Made by a program: the position numbers and the translations under genes. A stretch of DNA of 64,000 bases from contig JAGIQG010000012.1 in NCBI GenBank assembly GCA_024679065.1, positions 48,856,001 to 48,920,000 of the forward strand, given 5' to 3'. The notes beneath the pieces were generated by a model that did not search any database, was not told where the DNA came from, and was given only the letters and a program-made list of their open reading frames with translations. Positions 26,441 to 39,480 of this stretch are shown one piece after another (within the stretch, counting starts at the first letter, position 1; the number at the start of each line of letters is the position of its first letter). This DNA is from Sphyrna mokarran. Taxonomy: Eukaryota.

Positions 26441-29004
26441 AAAAATAAAGAATACAATTTCATAAAATAAAAAAAGTTTCAGAGAATGCCAATTTGAATT
26501 GTATTGTTTAATACTTGCACAAGTTTGCTTTATTTCATTTTCATCATATGTGGCTTTGAAATTTCACACAAAGTTGTTTTATATTTTGTATATATTCTGG
26601 AAAGTTGAGATACGTTATGAAATCAATGCCCGGAAGATTAAATACAATTGAGAAATGAGGAAAGCAGAGAGGACTTGTTCGCAACAGCAAAAGAGAAAAG
26701 ATTTTCTAGAAGATGAAGACACACAAACGGCCTGAGATAAATAATAAGATGTACAAATTAGTGAAAAAGCTTTGTATCTGATTGTAGTCTGAGAGACTAA
26801 AAGAGTTGCTTGGAATTTACAAATATTTAACTTTTTGGAATGTACCTCTGGGTAAAATTGAACTATGACAGCTCTGTGTGCTGCATTATACAAATTCATT
26901 GAGATGAGCTGCTGGATCACTGGAAGAAAGTTTATTTCTCAAAAGCACTCAGTACAAGGATTAAGCATCATGCCTGCAGTTCATTATCCACAAAATTGAA
27001 GTGGGTGTCAATGTGAGCCAGGGATCATGACATAGCATTAAATTCAAAATAAATCTGAAAATAAAAGGAAATTATTGAGAGATTAATACCTGTATAGTTA
27101 AGAACATTCCATTCAACAACATTATTATCAGAATACTATAATTGCCTCATTAAATTCAAATCCCAAGTTTATTATAAATCACATGGAAAGCTATATTGTA
27201 ATTTTCAATGGTTTCCTTTTAATCATTCTGAGTTTTAGCAGACATATAAAATCATGAACGGTAAATTGCATTATAGGTTAAGCTTAAGAGGTTAATCTTA
27301 CAATACATTTATCCTTTCAGAAATATAATAGCTCAAGTTGGAGAAGATTTAAAAACAAGTTCTTTCCGCTAGTTGTGTTGGTTTCTGGAAAAAAAGTGAA
27401 GGAGCCTCATTAAATATTCTTCATGAATACATATTCAAATTGCTTAATCTGAAATTCACTTTCATGTATGTTGCAACCACATTCTTCTCTGTGATTTTGG
27501 TAGTACTGTTAACCCAATAAAGGGATTAACACTGATATTATAATAGTGGACTTGTAATTATAACACATACTTATTTGACAGAAATAATTGGAAATTATGA
27601 TGTAGGAAAAGGCATTATTTGGACCAGAAAGCCAAGGATGTTTTGTTCTGAATATAAAATCAGGATCCTCTGAAGTGAGCTGCAGGATTCAATTTGTGAC
27701 GGTATTTTATATTTGGACTATAACCTAACCTCACCAGGGATTCATTTTTGGAAGGGAAGTGGGTAAAGATGGACCTGATGGGATGGTTCCTGGTTAATAA
27801 TTTATCTCTTCACATAATGGAAATGCAATAAATGGAGAAGAGATGAATGTCTGAAGAGTATTATTGACATTATGTTGGTGCTGCATGCACTCTAAGTTAT
27901 TACCTCACAATTCCCTTGTCTCTTAAACTTCAAAAGAAGAGAATAGGTTTGATGTGTTGGTTGTCTGTGTAGAATAAGTGAAAATACTACAAGGAGCAAA
28001 AAAAAAGTACATGGTGAGGCACATGGGTCTATAACTAAGGGCTACAGTATCTTATTAAATTATAATAATGGTCCTGTTATGGAAATTTAAAGAATCCCAA
28101 GATAGCAGTAAAGAGTGCAAGTCAGAAAACTAAATTAAGAAATGATGTGATAGCTTATTCATGAGATAGCATTCTCTAATGTCATAGATATTTGATTATT
28201 GGTGCAAAGTTCCAATTCAGAATATTAAATTGGTTCAAAAGTGCAGTTTAAAGTTGATTGTATTAGCAGCTTTCTTTGGTCCATATCTCATTTAGTCAAC
28301 ATTTAAATTGATTTGGGTATGGAACTGTTTGGTGTGCAATATGCTCGGCTACATGAATGATATGTGGTTGTAGTGGAAATTAAATCAAATGTGCACATTT
28401 TTGTATCATTGTGGCTCATTAGCAACTACATATGCAATCCTTGACAAAAGAAATTACAGAATTGTATTTGATCCCAGGAGTAGTGGTGATGAAGTCATGT
28501 CTAAATAAATAGTGTTCACATGGGAAATTCACATATACCTGATTTCTGGTGTGTCCTTAGACATCCCTGGCAGTCTAATCCTGGATGGACTAATAGAGAG
28601 ATTGCTGTGAGCTCAGGAGATGAATGTGCTGTGTTCCATATAAGAGTCATGAACCTTTGCCAATTCATGTTCTACAGGTACCATGTTCTTGATAGTATGG
28701 TGGTGAAAAAAGATGATTCTGCTAGATCAAAATGGAAAAGTTGGCCTGATCTCTAGACAAATATGACCATTTTTCTTGACTGCACTAATGTTTACACTCA
28801 GGTTTTGTTTCCATCCTTTCATGGGGTGTGCACATCACTGGCAAGGCCAGCATTGGCTGCCCATTTATAATTGCCCCTAACTGAGTGCTTTTCTAGGCCA
28901 TTTCAAAGGACAGTGTTCAGATCAGATCAGAAACTCCCAGGTATACTATGAAGTTAGCCCAGACTGTAACTTTTTTTTGATTTTGGCATTACGGCAAACA
29001 TAAT

Positions 29005-29902
29005 GGGTGGAATTTTATGACTTCCTTACACTTGTTTTGTGATAGAAAAATGTTGTAAAATCTGGCGTAAAGCAACTTGTAAGGATGGACCTGTTTTTGG
29101 GTCTGTTGCAATTTTACAACACCTGGATTTTCGGCGCAGGTAGCCTCTCACTGGCAACAGGTGAGATGCTATTAATTTATTTAAATTTATTAAAATAGTG
29201 TTTTACATGTGTTTAGTGAGACCAGCACTTAATCGTGTGAGCTCACTTACCTTTACGTATTCACCAGGAGAGATTCTTTCCAGCGAGGAAAACACCTGCT
29301 CCCCATAAACAGGGAGCAGCCATGTTGGCCTTGCCACTGAAACCAGGGGCCATTGAAGATCTCCAGGAAGTCTGAGTGCAAGGCGCTGATGCACCTTGGG
29401 CAGTGTCGATTGGCAGTGCCCAAGAGGCACTACCCCCATTGGTCCCACCCCAATGGGAGTTGGAGAAGCCTTCTGCCATTCTGACTGTAATCAATGGGGG
29501 AAGGAAGGAAGGCCCACTGCTACTCTGCCTTTGATTGGTGGGGGAGAGAAGGGACCTGTGATTGGTCTTAGCAGCAGAAGGTTGGCAGAAGTTGTACCCA
29601 GAATATACGTCCTCGCAATTGCAGGGGAAGGTAGCTAGTTGAATCTGCCTAAAGTAGCAGGGGCCTGATGGCTCCCTCTCTGTCTGTCAGATCCCTGACA
29701 AAGAGGAGAAACTCAAAAGCTTGTGAGTTTACTATCAAATAAATTGGTTGGACTTAAACCTGGTGTTGTCAGACTTCTTACTATCTTTTCAGAGGCAGAG
29801 TCCATAAGATTGGATATGAAAACTCACAAAAAAATGGATCTGGAACTCTCCCAATTTCAGATTAGTTGAACACTTAGAAAAAAAACTCATAAAATTCCAC
29901 CT
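29005..29902. mobile_element. Non-autonomous PIF/Harbinger element
   Basis: Perfect 15-bp inverted repeat ggtggaattttatga (29006-29020) / tcataaaattccacc (29887-29901), flanked by AAT on both sides. Confidence 0.85.
29692..29782 (+). mobile_element. Penelope-like terminal fragment
   Basis: Reverse complement of the Penelope terminus at 50253-50340 (aaataaattggttggact..ggtgttgt..acttcttact). Confidence 0.75.
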
Positions 29903-31254
29903 AATGCATTTTGCTCTAGGTATGATTCAATTGACTCATTAGGATGCTTCTATTAAAACAAACTTTCTTTAACAATACAGTTAAAATATAACAAAAAGAA
30001 TTAACATAAATTTTAGCAATTGAAATAATTAAATATGACATATAATTCTTAACAGCTAGCCATTTCTAAGTTCCAAATAAGCGGTATCCCTGCAGACATA
30101 TATCCCTCTTCAGAATAAATTAACGCAAAGTTGGTATCTCGTGTGGGTGCTTCGTTTCAGTCTTATAACCTCTTTGAACAGATCCTGAAAGACACCTGTC
30201 TTCTGACTTTCATATATACGGCAGCCTCCAGAGAAAAATATACTTCCCCAAAAAGCAGAACCTCTGAAAAAGAGACTTATTTCCTGGTTGATCCCAGTCT
30301 CCAAATCCAGAGACAGAAAGAAACACAAAGAAAGTTATATCTCTCTGAAGATCCCAAGGAGCAACTAACTTGATTTCTCTGTGTGAACCGAGTCCCACAC
30401 AGTCACATGATTTTTTTTTGTGTCAATCAACCTAATCAAGCCGTGCATTGAATTCCCCCCAGGGGGAAACATTAAAATAACAGAACTACATTAGTCCAGA
30501 TTAAAACAAACATTCAAGCAATTAAAATCAATTATGCTGCTGCAGTAATAACAGGGTTAATGGTTACAGAGAAAGCAGCACTGATAAATAGAACTGACTG
30601 CTAAAACAAATCCTACACAAATAATATGATACAAATGCATTTATTAAAGGCACAGCACCATCACGGCATTTAAAAGTCAAACACACTGCTGTGAGTCTGG
30701 AGTTACATGTAGGCTAGTCCAGATAAGGACAGCAGTTTTCCTTCCCTAAAGAATGTCAATGAACCAGAAGGGTTTTCACAACAATCAATAATAGTTGGCA
30801 TGGTCATTATTATTGAGATCAGCTTTATATTCCAAATTTTATTAATTAATTTGAAGCTCCATCAGCTGCTATGGTAGGATTTGAGCCAATACTCCAAAAG
30901 CATTACTCTTGTCTTCTGGATTATTGGTCCAACAGCATTCACTATCTAACCATCTCTCCCTTTTAATTTAGCCTTTGAGACTTATAGTGACTGATCAGTC
31001 ATAATTAATGAATTATACCATATGCATATGTTATCTATTCTAAAGTCTAAGAAGACTTCTCACTAACTCATGTTCATCACTTCTCGTGTTGGATGAGGAA
31101 AATTAGAAGGAATTAAGTTCTTCTCAAATAGCACTAACTATTGTTCTTCATTGCTCAAAGTCTTTTTTAATTTTATTTGCTTACATGTATATTTCAGGAA
31201 TAAGATGCAAAGAAATTAAATGTTCTGAGTTCAATGCTGCTTCAGAGTCAGAGC

Positions 31255-32290
31255 ATCAGCGGAAAATGTTAGCAGTTTAGTTATGTTAATGAAATGCTAT
31301 TTAGATATCTGGGCAGGTAGTGTATGGTGGCTACAGAATATGGGAACTCATGGACACTAATGTGATCCAAAGCAAGTGCATCTGCCAGAAGTGACGGTGG
31401 CTGGAGGAATTGTGGCTCAGAGTCATTGAGCTGGTGCCTGAACTGCAGATACTATGAAACCTCAGAAAGGGGAAAGTTACCTGGATACTACTTTCTGGCC
31501 AATCACACCCTATAGATGAGGGTGATCTGATCTGGTCATGGAAAGGAGGATGTGACTATGAATAAAGCAGATATGGGGATCGAGAAGGTAGAAGTGAAGG
31601 AGCCTCAGCCCTTGCAATTTTCCAACAGGATCAAGGTGCTTGCAGCATTGTGGACAAAAGTAGAAACTGCAGAGTGGATGGTCTACATGACCATGTCACT
31701 GTGGCACAGGAAGCTATTCAAGCAGAGGCAGTTAATCAGTTAATGGTGGTAGTAGGAGACAATATAGTCAGGGGATAGAGATACTTTTCTGCAACTAAAG
31801 GTTATGTTGATTGTCTCGTGTCAGGATTTGCAAGTCGGCAAATAGATAGGGCTTTAAACTAAATAGTCAGGGTAAGAATCAACTAAGGGGAGATGTTAAA
31901 AAAAGAGAGAGGAAAGACAAAATAAACACGTAATGATAACAGAATTAATAATCTGAGATTGTCAGCAAAGAACAGGGCATTCAAATTTAAGGTTGTGCCA
32001 GCAGACAAGGATATAGGTGGCAAAAATAGTAAAAGGAGAATTAAAAGCACTCTATTTGAATGCTTACAGCCTTCACAACAAGATAGATGAATTGATGGCA
32101 CAGGTATGATCTAATTTTCATTATGGAGATGTGACAGCAGGGTGTCCAAAGCTGGGAACTGAATGTTCAGGAGGATTTGACATTTAGAAAGAATTGACAG
32201 AACGGAAAGGAAGATGGAGTAGCAGTGTTAATAAAGGATGAGATCAGTACATTAATGGGAGAAAATCTTAGATTAGGGCAGTGGGTGTTG
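31255..32290 (+). mobile_element. CR1 5' region (ORF1 and start of endonuclease), degenerate
   Basis: Cys-rich ORF1 start, FSNRIKVLA, VVVGDNIVRGI; parallels 20845-21900. Confidence 0.7.
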
Positions 32291-32334
32291 GGATCGATGG
32301 CTGGCTGTGTTTCACACATGATAGAATACTTCCA

Positions 32335-32455
32335 TATAATCATAGAATCCCTACTGTACAGAAGAAAGCCATTCAGCCCATTGAACCTGCACCAACAACA
32401 ATCCCACCCAATGCCTATCCCCACAACGCCATGCATTTACCTTGCTAATCCCTCT
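32335..32455 (-). mobile_element. HE1 SINE 3' tail fragment
   Basis: catagaatccctactgtacagaagaaagccattcagcccat, as in 55545-55630. Confidence 0.7.
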
Positions 32456-32574
32456 ATCCATTTCAGCAACTGCTCTGCCGACAGTGTGACTGTCATCTTC
32501 CAGTTACACAGTTCCTCATGTATGCCATGGATGAGCTGAGTGATCCAGGCTACCAAAGGAGGTTTGGACCTTTT

Positions 32575-32872
32575 GAAACACATTCTCAAAATAAGGGGCA
32601 AGCCATTTAGGACTGAGATGAAGAGGAATTTCTTCACTCAGGGTGTGGAGAATCTTTGGAATTCTCTACCCCAAGGCTGTGGAGGCTCAGTCACTGACTT
32701 TATTCAATACAGAGCTTGATAGATTTCTAGATATTAAAGATGCCATGAGATATGGGGATAATGTGGAAAAACAGCATTGAAGCAGCAGATCAGCCATAAT
32801 TTAGATGCATAATAGAACAAGTTTAAAAGTCCAAATGGCCTACTTCTACTTCAACTTTCAATATTCCTATAT
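32575..32872 (+). mobile_element. CR1 3' fragment
   Basis: tttaggactgagatgaagaggaatttcttcactcagggtgtggagaatctttggaattctctaccc. Confidence 0.8.
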
Positions 32873-32889
32873 TAATTGAACATTTTTAA

Positions 32890-33145
32890 TGCTGCACTGA
32901 AGTTGCTGTGAAAATCCCCTAGTCACCATACTCTGGCACCTGATTGGGTACCCAAAGGGAGAATTTAGCATGACCAATGTACATAATCAACATATCTTTT
33001 GAACTAGAAGAAACCAGAGTACCCAGAGGAAACCCATGGTGACACAGGGAGAATGTGCAGACTCCATAAAACACTGACCCAAACTGGGAATCAAACCCAG
33101 CTCTTAGGTGCTATGAGGCAGCAGTGCTAACCACTGTGTCACTAT
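32890..33145 (-). mobile_element. HE1-type SINE (non-CR1 tail variant)
   Basis: Same structure as 8118-8412. Confidence 0.8.
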
Positions 33146-33516
33146 ATTTTAAGTAAAATTACATCAATTTGCTTTACAACGGAATTCAAAATATTGGGTT
33201 AATGTTATAAAGTAAAAAAACTATTTTCATGCTCACGAAATGCATTTTTGTTTCAGATTGAATTGCATTGTCCCTTTCTTTCTTACATTGCAAAAGTGTT
33301 TTGTTTTCCAGCAATAAAGAGTTGTTATTAATAACTGTATCCAATAAAGATTATTATAATTTACAAGCTGATCTGCGAAAAAGTTCAATATACGCCCCTA
33401 TTATGAAATGACAAAATGAACTAACAGTAAGACGCAGTTTGGTTCTGATCAAACATCATCAATTTGAAATGTTGAGTGTGATTTTCCTAGCCTGCTGCAT
33501 GTCTCAACTAGCATAG

Positions 33517-34270
33517 TGGGCGGGAAATACCTGCAGGAGGGCTGCAACAGGAATCATGACCTGAACCCAGCCATTCGTAACTTTCCCAGGCCATTTTTTA
33601 TGGTACAATCAGCCTCGCATCGAGAAACAGCATGAGGCCGATTACAATATTGAAATTCACATTTCCATCTCATTAATGAGCACAGGAGCGTATCGTCTGG
33701 GCTCCCTAATGTTTCTGTCCCTGTTGGGAGATGTTCCCATCATTGGGGATTAAAGCTGGTCCCCAACAATGGTGGGGGTAGAGACCTGTGAAGCTTCCTG
33801 GATGGCTGGGTACAAAGGATGCCATTTGGGCAATGCTAACCTGGCACTAACAGCCTGGCACACTGGTACTGCCCACCAGACACCAGTCAGTGTCAAGGGG
33901 GCAGAGCCTGATGGGGAGAGGGTTTGAGGGCATGGCAGGGTCGGACAAGGGGCAGGCTGGTCCCTGATGGTAGGGAAGGACCACTGTGTATTCTGCACAG
34001 TTATGGATGGGAAATGGAGGATGGACAATTGGGGCTGGCAATGGGGGAATTGGTGTGGGGTGAAATTCGGGGCTGGCCATGGAGGCAAACCGTTGGGGCA
34101 GACAATCACAGTGAGGTAGTTGGGGAAGCTATCAAGAGGCTGGTGATCGGGGTGTGTGGTTATCCCTTCAATACGCTGACATCAGCTTCGAGTGAGATTA
34201 GGCTCCATACACCCCATTGCCAGCATGAATCCCCGCCAAACAATGTGAAGCACAGAGTGCTGGAAATTCA
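33517..34270. mobile_element. GC-rich non-autonomous DNA element (Harbinger-like)
   Basis: GGGCGGGAAAT-type start and ggaaattc end, G-rich interior; similar in style to 29005-29902. Confidence 0.4.
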
Positions 34271-34289
34271 ATTGAATAATTAGGAAGAT

Positions 34290-35305
34290 AGTCAGGAAAT
34301 TGAAGAATAAAAGGAAACAGAAATACCATTGTTGAAAGGGTCACAGGATAAAATAAAAACTATTGGAGTGTAGATATTATGGTCAATGGACTACAACAAA
34401 CATCAAGTTAGACCTGGAGCAGACGTTTCAATTCTGTCAGATACAGGAAAGTAGTTAAAACCAGAGGGCATCCAGCCATTGACCTAAAGACTCTAGGAGG
34501 CATTTAATTGAAATTCAATGAATAATTGATTGCTGAATTGCAGCATGTCGAAAGAAATATCGCAGAAGCATTGAATGTGACTCAATCAAGAATGCTCACT
34601 GTTAAATAAGAAGGCATGTACAAATTTACAAATTCTCTTCAAATGAGATGATTGGTGAATTGAAAGGAAACCAGATGGAAGATTTCCTTGGCACAGCAGG
34701 TGAAGGAGTCAGATGAATACGTACAAGGAAAGCAGTAAGCAGCAGATGTAATGTCACATATTCCTGTTGGGAAGGGCTGAACGGGACATAAATCTTGCTG
34801 AGGAAGTGGAATCTTACAGGTCACTCATAATGAGGTTCTTATCAGCATCCACATGAAGGCTGAAGAAAATGCCCCAAGCATAGAAAACAAATGAAGAATG
34901 CACTATAATTAAAGAGTACTGTGAAATTGGATGGCCTGAATATGTTCTTAACAATATCATCCTAAAACAGCACTTTGAGCAACTCAGACTTTTCAGAATT
35001 GTGGATAACATATTAATCTATGACAAGAGATTAACCATGCCAAGAGTTCTCAGACTTAAAATCCTTCAAAGGATACATCAGACCTTTCAATTTATTGTGA
35101 TAAGGCAAGAAATTCCAATTGGTAGCCCAGAAATTCAAAATCATTACAGAGTATGATTTGGAGTTGATCCCTTTACAATCGATCACCAAGGACTGACAAA
35201 GACTTTGATTATATCATCATTTCCATCCAAATTCAGGGAATATCTTGGAATAGACTCATTACATCTCAAGGGAAGAAATTTCTCAAAGTTATTGATCATT
35301 TCAGA
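34290..35305 (+). mobile_element. Ty3/Gypsy pol remnant
   Basis: Protease-like VNG..KLD.GADVSILSD (about 34380-34445, frameshifted); EECTIIKEYCEIGWPEY..DNILIYDKRLTMPRVLRLKILQRIHQ (pre-integrase); EYLGID..GKKFLKVIDHF (integrase start). The RT appears deleted. Confidence 0.75.
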
Positions 35306-36000
35306 GCAATGCTGGGTCACAATATAAAGGCAGGGAATAGTGATATCAAATTAGTTTGGGTTGAAGTCATGAATAGCAGACTAAGAAAGACATGGGTGAG
35401 CGTAGTCTATAGACTCCCAAAATGTGACCTCTCAAAAAGTCAGAGCATGGTTGAAGAGAACTGCAATTATCATTGGAGGTTTAAATCTGCACATTGATCA
35501 GATAAACCATACAGGCAAGGGAAGTATAGAATTTGCGGAATGCATCAGGGATTGGTTTTTAGAGCAGTATGCTATGGAACTTGCCAGTGAATGAGCTATT
35601 TTTAATTTGATTTTTGTGTAATCAAGAACAATTATTAAGGGATCTTGTAGTTAAGGATCCCCTAGGGGTTAGTGACCACAATGTGAAGAATTCCAGATAC
35701 AGTTTGGGGGTGAACACCATAGGTCCACAAGCAGTGTCTTCAACTTAAATAAGAGTAATTATAATGATATGAGGAAAGAGTTGTCTAAGGCGAACTGGGT
35801 AAACAAGCTGAGATACAAGTCAGTAGCTGAGCAGTAGCATATATTCAAACAGCTGGTCCAAAATGCTCAGCAGGAGTTTATCCCAATTAAAAAGAGGGAT
35901 TCCACAAGAAACAGGCAAAATCCATTGTCATTACAGAAGGACAAAGGTCATATTAAATTGAATAGCCCGATATACAAAGTGGCAAGGGATAGTGATATTG
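35305..36000 (+). mobile_element. CR1 endonuclease fragment
   Basis: LVWVEVMNSRLRKTWVSVVYRLP, IIGGLN and PLGVSDHN motifs. Confidence 0.75.
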
Positions 36001-36835
36001 ACCAGCAGATTTTCAGGAAATATGTTGATATAAAGAAAACTCCACTTTCCTCTCTTCTTGACACCTTTAGTTAATTGATGAGAATTCATTGCCTCTGAAT
36101 TGGATTCTTAATTTATTTTCATTACCCGCAATTCTGCTTGTATGCATAATCAGTTAATTCCAAAAGTTATTACACGTCATTCCTGATACCAATGTTTACC
36201 TTGTTCAGTTCCAGAAATAATTTATGTGTATGTACGCTTGCTTTTTAAATTATAATTTTATTTCTGGTATCAAACTTTATTGCAAGATCTATTGATTGAA
36301 GATGGTGATTGCCTGGCATCAGTATGATGTGAATGATACTTGCCACTTATCAGCCAAAGTCAGACAGTTGTCCATGTTTTGCTGCACCTCAACATGGACT
36401 AATTCAGTATTTGAGGAGTCATGAATGGTGCTTAACATTGTGCAATCATCTAAGAACATCCCCACTTCTGATATTATGATGGTGCATAGTAATTGATGAA
36501 GCAGTTGAAGATGGTTGGACGAAAGAAACAGCCCTTTGGAACTGGGATTCAGATGAATGACTCTTAACAATCACAATCAAATTTCCTTTATTCTTGGCAT
36601 GTCTCCAAATAATAGAAAGTTTTCTCCTTTTTCCCATTGACTCCAGTTTTGCTAAGGCTTCTCAATGCCACACTTGGTCAAAGGCTGCCTCAATGTCAAA
36701 GGCACATTCACTTTCAAATGTCACTTTCATCTCACCTCTGAAGTTCAACTCTTTTGTCCATATTTGGACCAAGGTTGTAATGAAGTCAGGAGCTGAATGG
36801 CCCTGGCGAACCCAAACTCAGCATCAGTGAGCAGG

Positions 36836-37196
36836 CTGTGATGAAGAGTCACTTGGACTCGAAACATCAGGCGGCATGGTAGCACAATGGTTAGCGTCTC
36901 GGCTTAGATCACTGTCTGATCTAATGTCTGCATGGGATTCTTCCAGGTGCTCTGGTTTCCTCCCACAGTTCAAAGATGTGTGGCCATGCTAAGAAATTGC
37001 CCTTTAGTATCCAGGGTAGCGGAGGTTAGAGGGATTAGTAGGTATGGTATGGGGGTGGGATTGTGTTCGGTGTAGACTGGATGGGCCGAAAGGACTCTTT
37101 CTGCACTGTAAGGTTCTATGATTCTATGATTGGCTCTGTTCTCTCCAGAGGTGCTGTTAGACCTGTTGAGATTCTCCAGCATTTTCTGTTTTTGTG
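36836..37196 (+). mobile_element. Short retroposon (Penelope-terminus-like) with 12-bp target duplication, split by an HE1 SINE
   Basis: Direct repeat tcagtgagcagg at 36824-36835 and 37197-37208; body gatgaagagtcacttggactcgaaac..ctctccagaggtgctgttagacctgttgag; related copy at 56268-56350. Confidence 0.7.
36869..37130 (+). mobile_element. HE1-type SINE (CR1 tail)
   Basis: ggcggcatggtagcacaatggttagc head; tail ctgtaaggttctatgattctatga. Confidence 0.85.
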
Positions 37197-38719
37197 TCAG
37201 TGAGCAGGTTATTGCTGAATAACACTCACTTATTAGCAATACCTATGACACCTTGTTGATGATCAAGAGTAGATTGATGGGCTGGTAATTGGTCAGATTG
37301 GATTTGTCCTGCATTTTGTGAACTGTTCATACGTGGGCAATTTTCCACAGTAGATGTCAGTGCTGTAGGTGTGTGAGAACAATTTGATCAGAGGCATGAT
37401 TCTTTCTGGAGCACGAGTTTTCAGTAATGATGATGGGATATTGTCGGGCCCATACCTTTTACAATATTCAGTGTCTTCAGCAGTTCCTTGTTATCACATA
37501 CAGTTAATCAAATTGCTTGAATACTGGCATCTGTGATGTTGGAAATGCTTGGAGGAGGCAGAGATGAAACATCCACTTCGCACATCTGGCTGAAGATGGC
37601 TGCAAACACTTCAGCATTGTCTTTTGCATTGATATTCTGCCACCACCATCATTAAGAACTGGGATAATTATGGAGATTTTTCCTCAAGTTAGTTGTTTAA
37701 TTATCCACCCCCATTCACGGCTGGATGTGACAGGACTGCAGAGCTCAGATCTGATTGATGGTTGTAGGATTGTTTAACTCTGTGTACCGCATGTTACTTC
37801 CATTGTCTGGCATGCAAGTAGCCCTGTGTTGTAACTTCGCCAGGTTGACACCTTATTTTTGATATCCTTGTGCTTCTTCTGGCATAGATGCCTGCACTCT
37901 TCATTAAACCAGTGATGATCTCCAGCTTAATGGCAGTTGTCGAATGGGGGATATACCGGCCATGTGGTTACAGATTGTGGTTGTGCATAATTCTGCTGCT
38001 GATGGCTCACAATTCTCATGTAAACCAAGTTTGAAGTTGCTAAATTTGTTCAGAATCCATCCCATTTAGAACAGAGTTAGTGCCACACAACACAATAGAA
38101 GGTATCCTCAGTGTGAAGATGGTACTCTGTCTCCACAAGGACCGTGAGATGGTCACTCCTGCCATACTGTCATGGAGAGATGTATCTTTCATAGCTAAAT
38201 TGATGAAAATGAGGTCAAGTAGAATTTTCCCTTTTGTTGATTCCCTTACTACCTGCCACAGATCCAGCTTCAGTTAGCTCAGTCTGTAATAGTGCTATCG
38301 ACACATTCTTGCTGATAGCTATTGAACATGGTGTTACCTCTGTGCTTCTTTCACATAGTGTTCCACTCAGGAATCCAAATGGAGAACTACTGATTTATCA
38401 TCTGGGTAGATGGTGGCGAGCAGATTTCCTTGCCCATGTTTGATCTGATGATGCCATGAGTGTCCTTGTGTTCCAGGGCCAATGCTGAGGATTTCCAGAG
38501 CAACTTCCTCCTGATTGTGTCTGTAAGTGGGACAGGACATACCCAGGGCTCATAATGCTGATGCCTGGGACTTTATCAGCATGGTATGATTCCATGGATA
38601 TGATTGTGTGAGGCTGTTGCTTGGACAGTCTGTCAGAAAGCTCTCCCAAGTTTGGAACAAGCCTCCCAAGTAAGGAAGACTTTGGTGCCTTAATGGGCAT
38701 ACGGGAGTCATTGCCATTA

Positions 38720-38922
38720 CCACTGCCTATTGCCAATAGTGAACCAAATGGGTTTTTTATAATAATCAACAATGATCTGATATCATGGTTACTGATACAA
38801 GACTAACTTCAATTTAAATTCCAGATTTTATTAATGGAAATCAAATTCCACCAGGCAGGATTTGAAACCATGTCCCCTGAACAATTCAATTGAAAGTCTA
38901 CTGACATTACCATTACACCTTC
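38720..38922 (-). mobile_element. SacSINE1/Deu-type SINE 5' part
   Basis: Similar to 30750-30960. Confidence 0.6.
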
Positions 38923-39029
38923 AAACAACATTTGCCCTGGGGATTCAGGTGTTTTAGTACTGTCATGGATAACTGGATTTTCAGACAAGATTACATAATG
39001 GAGCTTGGCTGAAAGCTCAGAAATCCATT

Positions 39030-39480
39030 AGATACATTGAAAATAGGAGCAGAAATATGTCTGTCAGCCCTTTGAGCCTGGTCTGACATTCAATATGATC
39101 ACAACTGATCCTCTATCTCAATGCTATTCTCCCGCATTACGCCCATACACCTTGATATCTTTAAAGTCTGGAAAAATATCTATTTCCTTCTTAGATCTAT
39201 TCAATGACTTTGGCCTCCACATCTTCCTGTGGTAGAGAATTCCACAGGTCACCACCCTTTGAGTGAAGAAGGCTCTTCTCATTTCAGTCCTCTCTGAGAC
39301 TGCTATCCTTTGTTATGGACTGCACCCCTCAGCCAGAGAAAACATCATCCCTGCATCCAGTCTGTCCGGCCCTGTCAGAATTTTATATATTTCAATGAGA
39401 TCCCCTTTCATTCTCCTAAAATCCAGTGAAAACAGGCCTAGTCAACACAATTTCTCTTCGGACAATGATCCTGCCAATAA
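39030..39480 (-). mobile_element. CR1 3' fragment
   Basis: ggtagagaattccacaggtcaccaccctttgagtgaagaag..tttcaatgagatcccct. Confidence 0.8.

Larger units (their letters stand above)
28914..30665 (-). mobile_element. Probable solo LTR (about 850 bp net of inserts)
   Basis: Begins TGTT, ends ATCACG (CA decayed), cleanly interrupts a SINE, no coding capacity; target duplication is degenerate and the orientation is tentative. Confidence 0.55.
28805..30960 (-). mobile_element. SacSINE1/Deu-type SINE split by an LTR-like insertion
   Basis: 3' part 28805-28913 and remainder 30666-30960 join into the reverse complement of the SINE at 41350-41712. Confidence 0.75.
36305..38700 (-). mobile_element. CR1/L2-group LINE ORF2 (endonuclease and RT), a family distinct from HER1
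   Basis: LVPNLGELSDRLSKQQPHTII (N-terminus), PDFITTLVQIWTKELNFRGE, LDIEAAFDQVWH, EVGMFLDDCTM..ADKWQVSF. Confidence 0.8.
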
